Positions 21,701-32,147 are shown, numbered from the stretch's first letter. The stretch is 64,000 nt of DNA from an uncultured Nitrososphaeraceae archaeon (GCA_963825865.1 CAWGVG010000062.1:32001-96000); one strand, 5' to 3'. Translations and numbers: made by a program. Notes: generated by a model not told the origin, from the letters alone.

Positions 21701-22046
21701 GAAGTAGAATCTTTATCTAGTGTTCCATCATTATCAACAGTAGTCCTAAGCGAAGTTATCAGCTTGTCAAATCTGTCTGGATTGATAGCAATTTTTCCCC
21801 CACCATCTGCTTCAGTATCATCTTACAATGTCCTAACATAGCCTTATGTTCAGAATTAAAGTTAACAGTAACAATTCTCACATCTTGACTCCAGTTACTA
21901 CCTAGGTTTTGTGATTTGTACCTGGCAATTACTTTAGTTCTTCCATAGAATATACTTTTAATTTTAAAACTACTATCTTTTTCAGGATTTTCTTGCATCC
22001 TTTTATTGGTCGTTACTGAATACTCACTGTTGATTCGCTGATGTTG

Positions 22047-22274
22047 CTATGAAAGGGAGATCCCTTCTGCAGTATGATGAATTACATTTGTTTCTGGCTG
22101 ATTTACGTATCTTTGAGAAACATCTACTATTTTAGCGTCTGTACATCCATGACTGAATACTGCATTATACGGCAAAGCCAATGCTTTATTGTTAGTCGCT
22201 ATTGGACCAACAGAAGAAACTAGGAAAATTACTATCGCTATTGCTGGTATTAATAGAGATCTGGCCATATCCAT
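22047..22274 (-). pseudogene. Secreted small protein, probably truncated or frameshifted
   Basis: Signal peptide MDMARSLLIPAIAIVIFLVSSV..ALA followed by HGCTDAKI...RYVNQPE. Confidence 0.45.
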
Positions 22275-22617
22275 AGCATAATATATATACACAGATATGA
22301 TCATGTAAGCATTCTGTTACCATATGGCATACTTTAATCCTAAATTTCTGTAAATGTTTTTTCTTATCATGTCTGATAAGGAAATTGTTATAAAGAGCAC
22401 AACATGGTGCATTTACGATATTGCATCCCAATCTGTATCTAAAAACAATCAACTGAATCAGCAGGATTTGTTCACGGTTATAGCAATGCAAAAAAAGTCA
22501 TGTAAGTATCTATTGGGTATGGGTAAAAACTCGAATATAATAATGCCAATACTACTTGTCTAATAAATATTCAATAAAATAAAAGACATTGTAACATTTG
22601 AACTTGGTCCTCTTTAT

Positions 22618-22869
22618 TTAATTATCTGGAATGAATCGACCAATAGCTACTTGTGCCAAATCTCTGCGTTCGGAAAATAGTTTGTAAGCTTGGGATGATA
22701 CAGACATAGAATCCTTTAATTCCATCGCTTTAACTGTCTTCTCTAGGATGGCTTTAATATCACGAGGGCAAATTCTTGCCTCCTTAGCTATTTGGTGATA
22801 ACTCTTGTTCTGATTATAATATAGATCTAAAACAAGCTTTTCTTTTTCCTGTCTAGTTAATGTCATCAT
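22618..22869 (-). pseudogene. Truncated paralogue (copy B) of the tandem-HTH coiled-coil gene
   Basis: MMTLTRQEKEKLVLDLY...QIAKEARICPRDIK...SVSSQAYKLF; homology ends near 22640. Confidence 0.8.
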
Positions 22870-23024
22870 AATGCTCTTTATTTTATATGAATACAGAATA
22901 AAAAGAAACTAAAGCTTGCTATCATCTGTTATCTATCTGTTATCATTGCTATCGTTTTGTTATCTCTGATATCATCTGTTAGCATCTGTTATCATGAAAT
23001 TTTAATTTGAACTCAATATGCTAG
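22826..23024. repeat. 199-bp direct repeat, copy B, containing the ~10-bp repeat array (22920-22995)
   Basis: Identical by eye to 12975-13173 at an offset of 9851 bp. Confidence 0.9.
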
Positions 23025-23105
23025 TTATGTGTGCTGATCAGGATGGATTAACTTCCATTGATTATATTTTATAGTGCGTCTCTGGGGTGTAATTTATTAC
23101 TGCGT

Positions 23106-23137
23106 GTGACTCGGTCACATGGTCACACGTTGAAAGT
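23106..23137. promoter_or_regulatory. TGTGAC / GTCACA / GTCACA motif cluster, copy B
   Basis: tgtgactcggtcacatggtcacacgttgaaagt. Confidence 0.5.
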
Positions 23138-23499
23138 ATTTTGATACCCTAGACACGGCGATTTTTTAGTCCTATATCCGTTATATATCAGCAAAAAGGG
23201 CGTCAGCTCGATCATTTTTGTTACAGCATATGTTTGCAACCACCCAGTATAGGGACGTATCATCTATCTGGAAATCATATAAAATATTAATATCCTTGCC
23301 ATTACACTTGCCGCTATAATAGCCATTATTATTTTTAAATTTCTCTTATTTGATTGATCCAAATTGCTATATCACCCATGTTATACCATACCATCTAGAG
23401 TAATTTTAGTAGCATATACCTGCCTCGATTGCTTTTCAGTTCGTATATACCACTAACAGCTAGTTATAGACACGTAACAGCAATAATAATAACTATGAT

Positions 23500-24397
23500 T
23501 TACTTAGCCAGCCATGATATTACCAAGTCTTGTAATGGCGGATTCAATGACTGATCAGAGAACATATTTGTACCATGACTATTACTATTACCACCAGAAT
23601 ATATCTTTAGATTTCCATCACAATTTATCTTTTCACAGAGTATTTTTGAGCCGTCTGCTGCCTTCTGAATCACCTTCAGTTGCTGCAATATAAACTGAAT
23701 TATTATTTTTGTACTTTGTTATTGCTTCTTCTGTAGATACGCCTCTGTAATTGAGTCCAGGTGAAAGAAGCACAACAGATTTTATTGTAGGATCTATAGC
23801 TGCGTAGTTTATTGCTACATTAGCGCCAATACTGGCACCAACTATAGATATGTTATTTGGATTAGCACTCTTATTTGTAATTAGAAATTGTTTTGCTGCC
23901 TTTACATCTAAAACCATTTTATTGTAATCGTCTGGAGTAAATGATTGAAAAGATATTGTATTGCCGTTATTTTGTTTGACACTTTCACCATGACCTCTCA
24001 AGTCTATAGATAATACAGCATAGTCTCCTTTTTGGCTTAAGGTAGAGGCAAAGGCATTCCAAGTGCTCCTATCTTTTCCCAGCATATGTAAAAGAATTAC
24101 AGTTGGTGTTGTTGTTGAAGAAGAAGAAGCGTTACTAACAACGTTTAATGGAGAAGAATAATACGAACCTATTATTGAAACTCCGTCGTCAGTAAGAAAG
24201 TTTACCGTTTGCACATTATTGTTGTTATTGGTACTGCTACCATCACTCTTGCTGTGCATATGCTATTTCCATGCTATTATTTTTTATTATTATGACTAGG
24301 AGAAGAAGGAGAAAGGACAACAGTACCTACTGCTCACAAATATAACAATCACTATTGCAAATATCACAATCATTTGCCTTGTTATCTTCTTAGACAT
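23500..24397 (-). CDS. Secreted or membrane-anchored alpha/beta hydrolase (frameshifted)
   Basis: Hydrophobic N-terminus from ATG 24397, VILLHMLG, DLRGHGES, nucleophile elbow GASIG and C-terminal SHGTNMF. Confidence 0.8.
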
Positions 24398-24699
24398 TCC
24401 CAATAATAGAATACCACTCCCAAATAATAGTATCTTCTATTCTGAGACAACTCTTAGCGGAAACAGCAAAAGAAATTAAGAAATCGATAGATTTAATTCA
24501 AAATGAACGTGAAACATCCTTATGCCAAACCTCGGTTATCTGACAAGTGATTTCAGTATGTAAAAAATCACATGCATTTAGCAGACCACAAGACTTCTCA
24601 TGGTACAGATTTTATTTTTGCTAAGGATAATCTTTGGCAATGTGATTGAAATTCAGTGACTTGGTCGATTCTTTATCAGTCAAGGAAATCAATATAACG

Positions 24700-25290
24700 A
24701 GCCCATACTTGGACAAGGAATCAACGTCGAATTCGACAAACTTTATCTGAAAATCGGTACAACATCCTGATAAGAGAACGGATCTAGCTATAACACCCTT
24801 TAGACCAGTTATAACAGAATGCAGAAAACATGGTAAGTTACCATTTTTTACACCATACAGTATGATACCATAGAAGATGTCTCACAATGGAGAGAATTCA
24901 TTCCTATCAAAGATATCATAATGATAGGCTATCCTTATGGTTTATGGGATGCAAGTCAATAATCTCCCCTTCTTCATGAAAGGAATTACTGCTACACATC
25001 CAGGGATCAATTATAAGGGAAATGATGAATTTGTAATAAATACTCCAGTATATCCTGGTTCTTCAGGGTCACCAGTCTTTCGCCTCACCGAAGCATTTTA
25101 CTGCAAATCGAGAAATTTTGAAGCCGGTCCTGACCATGTAAGGCTTCTAGGCATTGCACGTAAACGTCTTTACGTTACTAAAAATGGGGAGGTGGTAACC
25201 CGAACCATTGACCTTGGCGTAGCAATTCGCTCTACGAAACTTAGAGATTTTGAATCTATCATGGCAAATTCACTTGAATGGGATGTGTAG
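24700..25290 (+). pseudogene. Trypsin-like serine protease, degraded
   Basis: HPDKRTDLAI, IMIGYPYGLWD, GITATHP and catalytic PGSSGSPVF; multiple stops and shifts in the 5' part. Confidence 0.7.
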
Positions 25291-25494
25291 GTAATATGTT
25301 TCGTTTAAACACCAATGTGCTACCTAGTAGAATAATCATGTTTTGTCAAGAAGCAGGATATTATTTTACAACGTGAATGATAGATGTATGGTATGGCAGT
25401 GTTAGTTATAAAATCGAATAATCGGACTACAGCTGTGATAAAAGATGACTCGTAATTATTCACTATTCACTATCCGTTCATCATTCCTTTTATC

Positions 25495-26232
25495 TCATTT
25501 TCGTACTGGAATTTCTAAATCAGTTCCGTCAGGATTAGTATGTCGTTCGCAGCCATCATAATCCATGTATGTGTATGTTATCTTAACCTCTGCACTTGGA
25601 TGCTTTGGACAGCGCCATTCTATTCCTGACATTGGATCGGAGTGGGCATCTGTCCAAGATGGTCTACTATCATTATAAATGATTTCTTCATAAATTTTAC
25701 TTTCGAGTAGCAGTTCGCGCATTTGCTGCATCTAAACTTGTATACTAGTCTGAAACCATAGCATGATCCATAAAACTCGAACAAACCTTCTACAATCGCT
25801 TTGGCCAAATCCGAATTTGCAAAATAATCTGCAAGTGGAGTCCCTGAATTTTTCTCCCTAAGTGATTTAGTGAACTGCTCAATAGCCTGTTCCGTATTAT
25901 TATTTTCTCTAAGTTTAAGCAGTTTGTCTACCATTGCTGTATCTAAATGAGTATCAGCCGAAAAAAGGCCATGTTCTAGCGCATGGTGTAGTTTTGTCAT
26001 TTCAGCATGTTTCCTACACGTCCAAAAAGTTAGAATCCCATTAGGTTTTATGTTTGCTTGTTTTTGATCACTAGGACAATCATCATGATCGCTAACCGCT
26101 ATTGAATAGCCATATTCTGCCCGATGATGACAAATTCCGCAGTAATTATTAGCACAACGTTTTTTCTTTTTGACTCTATGTCCGTCTGGTGTTATTGACA
26201 GTTTTCTACTTCACACCTTCGGATACTTCCAT
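25495..26232 (-). CDS. Cys/His-rich hypothetical protein (frameshifted)
   Basis: The frame extends upstream of 26000 (RCANNYCGICHH...WTCRKH). It continues through RCSKC and, after a shift, WRCPKH...GCERH. Confidence 0.5.
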
Positions 26233-26283
26233 ATATTTGGGATATATAAATGTATCAAAATGATATATATACTCAATTTGATA

Positions 26284-27535
26284 CTAATATATATTTGTGG
26301 GAGATACGCCCCTTCTATGAAATAGTGCCTTGGCTGACATGCCAGATAATACAATCACGTATTTGTTTGGAAAGTAGCTTGAGACAAGATTGAGTAAATA
26401 GGACTTGCCAGCACCCGATTCTTTAGAGTTGACGATATGGGAAATGGCGTCTTTAGTAAATGCGCTACTCATGCCATAAAATAACTGCCTTATAGATAGC
26501 TCATCGTATTGTGCTTCCTTTTTGATAGTATTAATTACAAACTCAATATCTTTGGCTGTGAGGTTATTTTCTGCTGCTAAACGTTCCTCTTCATCATCTT
26601 CATTTTCTAACTCTGATTTCTTCTTATCTTGTTTTGGCTGCTGCTGTATTTGCTGCTGCTTGCGCTTCTTCATTCTTCTTTTTTGTATAGTAAGCAATTG
26701 CGTCTTTCCATATTGTGTTTATCTCACTTACTGGTAATGGGGTTGGTTTACACCTTTTGTCATTAATCTCTACAAATGTATCTTTTAGTTCTTGTTCTGA
26801 CTTGCCATTACCACCATACCTAAACAAGATACTATTTGCAATACTAATCATGGAATCGTGTCTACTACCTTCGTAAATCTTGTCATTAGAATCTAGCAGG
26901 TTTCTATAGTGTTTTTCTAAATACTCTAGTCCGTGTTTTTTGCATATGCTATCGATAAAATGCAAATATTCTTTTGCTAGGTCTTCTGTGAGGATTGCTG
27001 GATTTTTAGTCCCTGTAATTTCATACGGGTGTCCATCTTTATGCATTGAACATGTGCAATATGCAATCCCATGTTCGCCTAGACTCTTAACCTCCAACCC
27101 AACAATATCATCTGACGGCTTCTTTGGAAATGGTATTGAAGAATAGAAATAGATGTGTGCTCTATCCAAGTCATCTTTATGTTGTTCTACGATAAACTTT
27201 TGTGACATTTCTTGTAAAGTGGTAGTTTTTCCATTTCTTGTGCATAGTTCGTTTATGGCCTTGGATTTGTCTGCATCAATGAATACGAGGTATAAATTAG
27301 ATTTGTCTGCTCTGTGCCACACTTTACCTAGTATAATCGCAATTCCTTTTGAAAATGTACCTTGTTCTTTCCATTGGTTATAAAGTTCTTCAGGAATTGG
27401 TTTATCTTGCCATTGGTCCCAAGGAACTACTGGTTTTTTATTTTTAGTATCTGCAGGTATTACGTTAACACCTATATCATAACGCCAAAAATCAGCACCT
27501 TCATTAATTTTATTTAGTTCATCAGATAATATCAA
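26284..27535 (-). CDS. Bifunctional primase-polymerase (Prim-Pol + PriCT-1) fused to a P-loop helicase that is truncated after Walker A
   Basis: GVNVIPADTKNKKP..WDQWQ, GIAIILG, FIDAD and AHIYF; PriCT-like EGSRHDSM...CKPTPLPVSEINTIWK. The shifted frame gives SKESGAGKSY, then ends near 26300. Confidence 0.85.
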
Positions 27536-27747
27536 ATTAAGCAGCCTCGAGAGCGTTTTTTTTCGAATAGTTCTCTAATTAGATCAGCACTTGTCTTACC
27601 ATCTTCAAATGAGGGCCTAAAGATATGATCATGACCACATGTCCTACAATTTCCATTGTTATCTACAAAATAAGGTAGAATGTCTTCGATCTTACCACTA
27701 TTCTCAAAATGTTTATCAATATCGTCTGGAAATATACCCTTGGTCAC
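27532..27747 (-). CDS. Small hypothetical protein (CxxCxHxH), translationally coupled to the primase gene
   Basis: GGAGGT SD and GTG start; 4-bp overlaps with both neighbours. Confidence 0.55.
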   Translation of the reverse strand: MTKGIFPDDIDKHFENSGKIEDILPYFVDNNGNCRTCGHDHIFRPSFEDGKTSADLIRELFEKKRSRGCLI

Positions 27748-27881
27748 TTGGGAGATACCTCCTGGGATGGCTCAATTCTGTTGACGGCATCAGCTCCTTT
27801 ACCGGTGTTGATGTAATTGCAACTGCTGCGAATGGTACAGGGGCACCAACCTTGAAGGCGATTGCAGTATTTCAACTTCAT
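27744..27881 (-). CDS. Small Cys-rich protein (45 aa, below the cutoff)
   Basis: MKLKYCNRLQGWCPCTIRSSC...SPK*; its TGA overlaps the next gene's GTG (GTGA). Confidence 0.4.
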   Translation of the reverse strand: MKLKYCNRLQGWCPCTIRSSCNYINTGKGADAVNRIEPSQEVSPK

Positions 27882-27925
27882 TACTATTAAATTCCATTTT
27901 TATCTTCCCCTACACCTATGCCTGC

Positions 27926-28165
27926 CTATGGAACCTTAACTAAGTTCTCCATGTCTGAATCTTTTTGTTCAGTGCTAAGTTTCCTCATTTCTAATATGAT
28001 ACCGTTTTCAATGGGCTTTTGAATAAAAAAAGTCATTTCATCAATACTTAGGCGCTTGACATGACTCGGATCAAGTGTTAGAACCACTGAAGTGCCTACA
28101 TAATGTGCTTTGCGAATCGGATGTTTATTTTGTCCTTTAAGCTGATATTTCGTATGTAGTAACAT
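27926..28165 (-). CDS. AbrB/MazE/SpoVT-like DNA-binding protein
   Basis: IRKAHYVGTSVVLTLDPSHVKRLSIDE...ENGIILE swapped-hairpin pattern; start position uncertain. Confidence 0.7.
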   Translation of the reverse strand: MLLHTKYQLKGQNKHPIRKAHYVGTSVVLTLDPSHVKRLSIDEMTFFIQKPIENGIILEMRKLSTEQKDSDMENLVKVP

Positions 28166-28263
28166 ACGAAACAACTTAGCATGACCAAATATAAAAGTTG
28201 TATAGTTGTGTATCATATGCAATATAACAACATACTTATAAACTAAGCCATATTGTAGAATAT

Positions 28264-28839
28264 GTGGTTGAATCTAATACAGAAGAAGAAACAGAAGTTT
28301 ATCCATCACGAGAAGACCTCCCCCTACACCAAAAGATATTACGAATCATATGCAGTAAGCAGAATGTAACATACAAAACACTAATTGAGGAAACTAGGAG
28401 GGATAGAACAACTATTTTACAGAGCGTGAAATCATTAGTTAAAAAAGAATATATTATTAAAGAAAAAAGGAATCCAGAATATGAGAAAAGCAAGCTAATT
28501 TTTAAACCGACTCGTTACGGAAAAAATTATGCTTTATGTGGCCTTGGAGTTGACGTCGAAGACGTTCTGAAACTAGAAAGAGACGAACAAATTGCTAATT
28601 ACCTTGAACTTATCAAAGATATAGCTGATCCTTTACAACGCAAACCGTTTATCGAGCCGCTATTAGGACTTTTTTCATCAGATGTAACAACGCCGCAAAT
28701 TAAAAAACAGATATTGAATAGAGCGCTTAAAAAAGGAGTAATAGAAATCGTACGAAATAATAACTATGATTCTAAAAGGTTATTAAATAAAAGTAGCATA
28801 CCAGTGGCTCAAAAAATTATTTTCTTCAAAGGAGATTAA
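28264..28839 (+). CDS. Winged-helix (MarR-like) regulator, divergent from the AbrB-primase operon
   Basis: HQKILRII...TYKTLIEETRRDRTTILQSVKSLVKKEYI...FKPTRYG. Confidence 0.75.
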   Translation: MVESNTEEETEVYPSREDLPLHQKILRIICSKQNVTYKTLIEETRRDRTTILQSVKSLVKKEYIIKEKRNPEYEKSKLIFKPTRYGKNYALCGLGVDVEDVLKLERDEQIANYLELIKDIADPLQRKPFIEPLLGLFSSDVTTPQIKKQILNRALKKGVIEIVRNNNYDSKRLLNKSSIPVAQKIIFFKGD

Positions 28840-28886
28840 AGAATTAAAGGGTTTTCTTGTCTTTATAAGAGATAATCTCTCCGAGA

Positions 28887-30170
28887 CTATTGAAGGGTTT
28901 CCTGATTAGAGGCTTGGGATATTTCTGCCAGCTTTGCAGGATTCCTAAGCAAGTGCTGCATATCTGATATTGCATTTTTGAGTAGTTCAATGTCTGTGTC
29001 ATATTTGTCTTTCATAGATTGTATGGCTTCATCTTTTTCTTGTAATTTTCCTTTGATGATATATTCATTATCTTTGGTTTTTTCTTTTAATTCTGTAACC
29101 TGCTTCTGAAGAATAACATTATCTCCATTAATTGTGAGCAATGGAATTGCTTTTAGATAATCCTCCATAACTTCACGTTCAGTTGGTTTCCAATACGATT
29201 CAGACAAGCCCAAATCATGGCCCATAGTAACCTCTACATTAATTGGTCGCATCATTTGTTCTGCCCGTGACTTGTAAAATTTTCGATAGCCGTGAGCGCC
29301 TTTCCATTCATGGTGCTTTTTCCCTGGGGGAAGAGTGTGACGAATCCCTTGTTCCCATAAGGCCCGATCCAATAATCTTTTAACTGCAATACTTTGGAGT
29401 TTCTTTGGATTGGTAGCAAGACCCCATTTAGCTCCGTAATTCATATTTGTTGTTTGCCATAAGTCACGCATAAGCCAAGATTCTCCAGTTATCTTTTCAC
29501 CATATGAAGAACGGAAATCCATCCAATCTTTGATTGCAGAATAAGCTTCAGGTGTTATGAAAGTGTAATATTCTTCTGGCTCCTCAGCATAAACTATTAA
29601 CTTTGCTGTTATAACTTCTTCTTTCTCATTGGTTATGGGAGAGACATGTTTCCATTGCAAATAGTCCCATGCTCCTAATCTAAACCCACCAGATGCCATA
29701 GCATAGACTATAGGCTTCATCCTTCTATCTGGATATTGAATGAGCTTACGTATTTCTTCTACTGTGGGAGCTCTATCATTAGATGAGTTCTTTGCTCTTG
29801 GTAACCCTTTTGATATCCTCTTCCAATTTAACGTTAAATCATTCATTTCACAAAATAGTTTGGCAGCTCTATAGTAGTTCTTTAGTGTACCTGCAGCAAG
29901 TTCTTTGCTTCTAACTCGTTCCTTATGGAAATCAAGGAATATCATAATACTATCCTGGGCCCATTGGATATTCTTCTGTCTTGTTTTCTCCAGAAACTCT
30001 ATAGCTTGTTCTTCTAGTAATCCTGGCAGTTTAAGATAATCAAATAACATCTTCAACCTCTTTGGATATTGTCTTCTGGCTTCAGAAGACTTTAATGCAT
30101 ACATAAATGGGTATAATGGGCTTTGTTGTGTTACCTCTTTTGGATCTTTTTCCTGAGTTATAGACAGCAA
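28887..30170 (-). CDS. Tyrosine recombinase/integrase with a C-terminal coiled-coil
   Basis: Catalytic residues present: GFRLG (R), HGYRK (HxxR), MGH and ESYWKP (Y); adjacent to the tRNA 3' end. Confidence 0.92.
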   Translation of the reverse strand: MLSITQEKDPKEVTQQSPLYPFMYALKSSEARRQYPKRLKMLFDYLKLPGLLEEQAIEFLEKTRQKNIQWAQDSIMIFLDFHKERVRSKELAAGTLKNYYRAAKLFCEMNDLTLNWKRISKGLPRAKNSSNDRAPTVEEIRKLIQYPDRRMKPIVYAMASGGFRLGAWDYLQWKHVSPITNEKEEVITAKLIVYAEEPEEYYTFITPEAYSAIKDWMDFRSSYGEKITGESWLMRDLWQTTNMNYGAKWGLATNPKKLQSIAVKRLLDRALWEQGIRHTLPPGKKHHEWKGAHGYRKFYKSRAEQMMRPINVEVTMGHDLGLSESYWKPTEREVMEDYLKAIPLLTINGDNVILQKQVTELKEKTKDNEYIIKGKLQEKDEAIQSMKDKYDTDIELLKNAISDMQHLLRNPAKLAEISQASNQETLQ

Positions 30171-30228
30171 ATCTAAATTCTACATATATTATAAGAAGGC
30201 GGGTGGTAATAAAGGGACAACTTTGATG

Positions 30229-30322
30229 CGGGTTCGGTGGGATTCGGACCCACGACATTATACCCCGGAAAACTACCGACTGGTTAAGAGCCAGACGCTC
30301 TACCTGGCTGAGCTACGAACCC
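30229..30322 (-). tRNA. tRNA-Lys(CTT) with a 20-nt non-canonical intron (best fit 30260-30279, position 42/43)
   Basis: Acceptor stem GGGTTCG/CGAACCC and anticodon loop CT-CTT-AA. Intron removal gives a 74-nt tRNA with a TCTGG/CCAGA stem and an ATGTC variable region. Confidence 0.92.
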
Positions 30323-30883
30323 GCAGAAAACCAGGGTAAGTTAACGATATTTAAATGAAACGAGAAAGGCGATATTTTACATATAACATAATGATATGGA
30401 CAATCGATCTACTTATAATAATGATAGCCTACATCAGAATGAAAAAACAACCACAACAAAACAGAAGCGACATGTTTTTGTTAGATTGCAGAGTTTATTA
30501 TCGACTTAAATTTATTGCTTATTGCCTTATCAGTTCTTTCTTGTATTGTTCTAAAAGTAAAATTTCCTAAAACATAATTTACAGCTGTTTTTGACGAATG
30601 TTTCTGCCATGATAAAGTAATGCTCAAGAATGATATTCCTATAGCATAGAGACCTGCTTATTTAATTTATTCCTAACGCTACAACTTACTCTCTATAATC
30701 GAATCGAACAAATATAAAATACATCATAATAGTCATCTAACAAACATCAAAAGCTACAGACAATTGACTTAAATCCGTTACTCTGTCCATACTATTCTGC
30801 TAACATCAAATTCACCATTTAGAAGTAAAATAGTACAAACTAGATTATTTTTAAGTCTAAATTTATTGCTAGAATATATATAT

Positions 30884-31120
30884 ATGACTGCCTTTCAAAT
30901 AAATAGAAATTCCAAAGATGAATCCGTTAGATCCGTTTATTCAATTATAAAAAGCCGTAGCGGTAAGGTTACAACGAAACACCTTGAAAAAGAGATTGGT
31001 AGTAGGTACAAGGTACATTATGCCTTGAGACGTTTGTCAAGGGAAGGTAAAATTAAGAGAATTAGAGGCTTTGGAGTAGATAGGATCGAATACTTTTATG
31101 AAGATATAGCGTCTCCATAA
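30884..31120 (+). CDS. Small winged-helix DNA-binding protein
   Basis: VTTKHLEKEIGSRYKVHYALRRLSREGKIKR. Confidence 0.6.
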   Translation: MTAFQINRNSKDESVRSVYSIIKSRSGKVTTKHLEKEIGSRYKVHYALRRLSREGKIKRIRGFGVDRIEYFYEDIASP

Positions 31121-31184
31121 TTTCCTTTTTTAACAATTCTCACACTATATTTTAATAATAATAATATTTTTATTATCTTATTGC

Positions 31185-31940
31185 CTATATATTGTGCAGC
31201 CAAACTTTGCAAATAGGCGACATATCTTGCTTGTGCTTATTATTTTCAATACGTTCGATTATCTTCTGTATATTCCTTGAATTGGATTTAGATTTGTTTA
31301 GAGTATTGGCATCCAAGCGCCGGAGTATTTCATCTATATCTTCATATTGTAATCCAATTTCATCCTCAGCTGTTTGTCCCTTCCATAATCCAGGGCTGCT
31401 TTTCTTTTTTAGAATTGTCAAAGGAATTTGTAAGTACCTTGCTATTTCCCTTACCTCTGTTTTGTATAGGTCAGCTAAAGGAAAAATATCAGGAGCGCCG
31501 TCACCATGTTTTGTATAATAACCCAATTTTATTTCGCTTTTGTCAGCCGTTCCTAAAACCAGCCGATGCATTATCCCTGCATAATAATAGATTAAACACA
31601 TCCTAAGTCGGGAAGCGAAGTTCCCTTGTGCTAGTTTGTTTTTGGGAAGCTGTTTTAAGAACTGGTTTTTAATCCTACCTATTTCAATAACCTTGTATTT
31701 TATTTTTAGATTCTGTGCCATTTTTTTGGCATCGTGTATGTCGTTTTGTAGACTGATCTTTGAGTCTGGTAAAATTAATCCAAAGACTTGTCTTGGTCCG
31801 AGAGCTTGTACTGCAAGGCTACATGCCACTGACGAATCTAAGCCTCCGCTAAGACCAACTACAATGCCTTCAGACCTACGTTCTTTTACTTGAGTACCGA
31901 TGAAATCTGTTATAATTTTAGAGATACGGTAAAATTGCAT
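31185..31940 (-). CDS. nadE: NH3-dependent NAD+ synthetase
   Basis: GLSGGLDS, GNFASRLRM, GYYTKHGDG and DLYKTEV. Confidence 0.95.
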   Translation of the reverse strand: MQFYRISKIITDFIGTQVKERRSEGIVVGLSGGLDSSVACSLAVQALGPRQVFGLILPDSKISLQNDIHDAKKMAQNLKIKYKVIEIGRIKNQFLKQLPKNKLAQGNFASRLRMCLIYYYAGIMHRLVLGTADKSEIKLGYYTKHGDGAPDIFPLADLYKTEVREIARYLQIPLTILKKKSSPGLWKGQTAEDEIGLQYEDIDEILRRLDANTLNKSKSNSRNIQKIIERIENNKHKQDMSPICKVWLHNI

Positions 31941-32147
31941 AATTTTTAGAATATTTTCGAGATTAATATTATTTACTTTTATGGCTACAATGTATCCTCG
32001 ACTGATATCTTAACGTAGTAATAATAATGTGTATCTCTATAATAAATTGGTATTGTAATCGTAGTGTCTTTCCAATTAGTTTTTAATGTTTTACAATCAT
32101 CTATGGAAGACTAGTACCATCTTATTATCTATATAGCAAATAGAAAG

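Larger units (their letters stand above)
1..30228. mobile_element. Composite integrated island (nested or tandem integrative elements) at the 3' end of tRNA-Lys; left boundary not found in the window
   Basis: The integrase starts 59 bp beyond the tRNA 3' end. The region holds a Prim-Pol/helicase, remnants of a second integrase and an SF3 helicase, duplicated modules and many fragments, but no housekeeping genes. Core genes resume directly on the other side of the tRNA. Confidence 0.75.

Noticed and set aside
1-30228. attR direct repeat of the tRNA-Lys 3' end
   Set aside because: No convincing copy of CGGGTTCGGTGGGATTCG was found by eye; it is probably outside the window or decayed.
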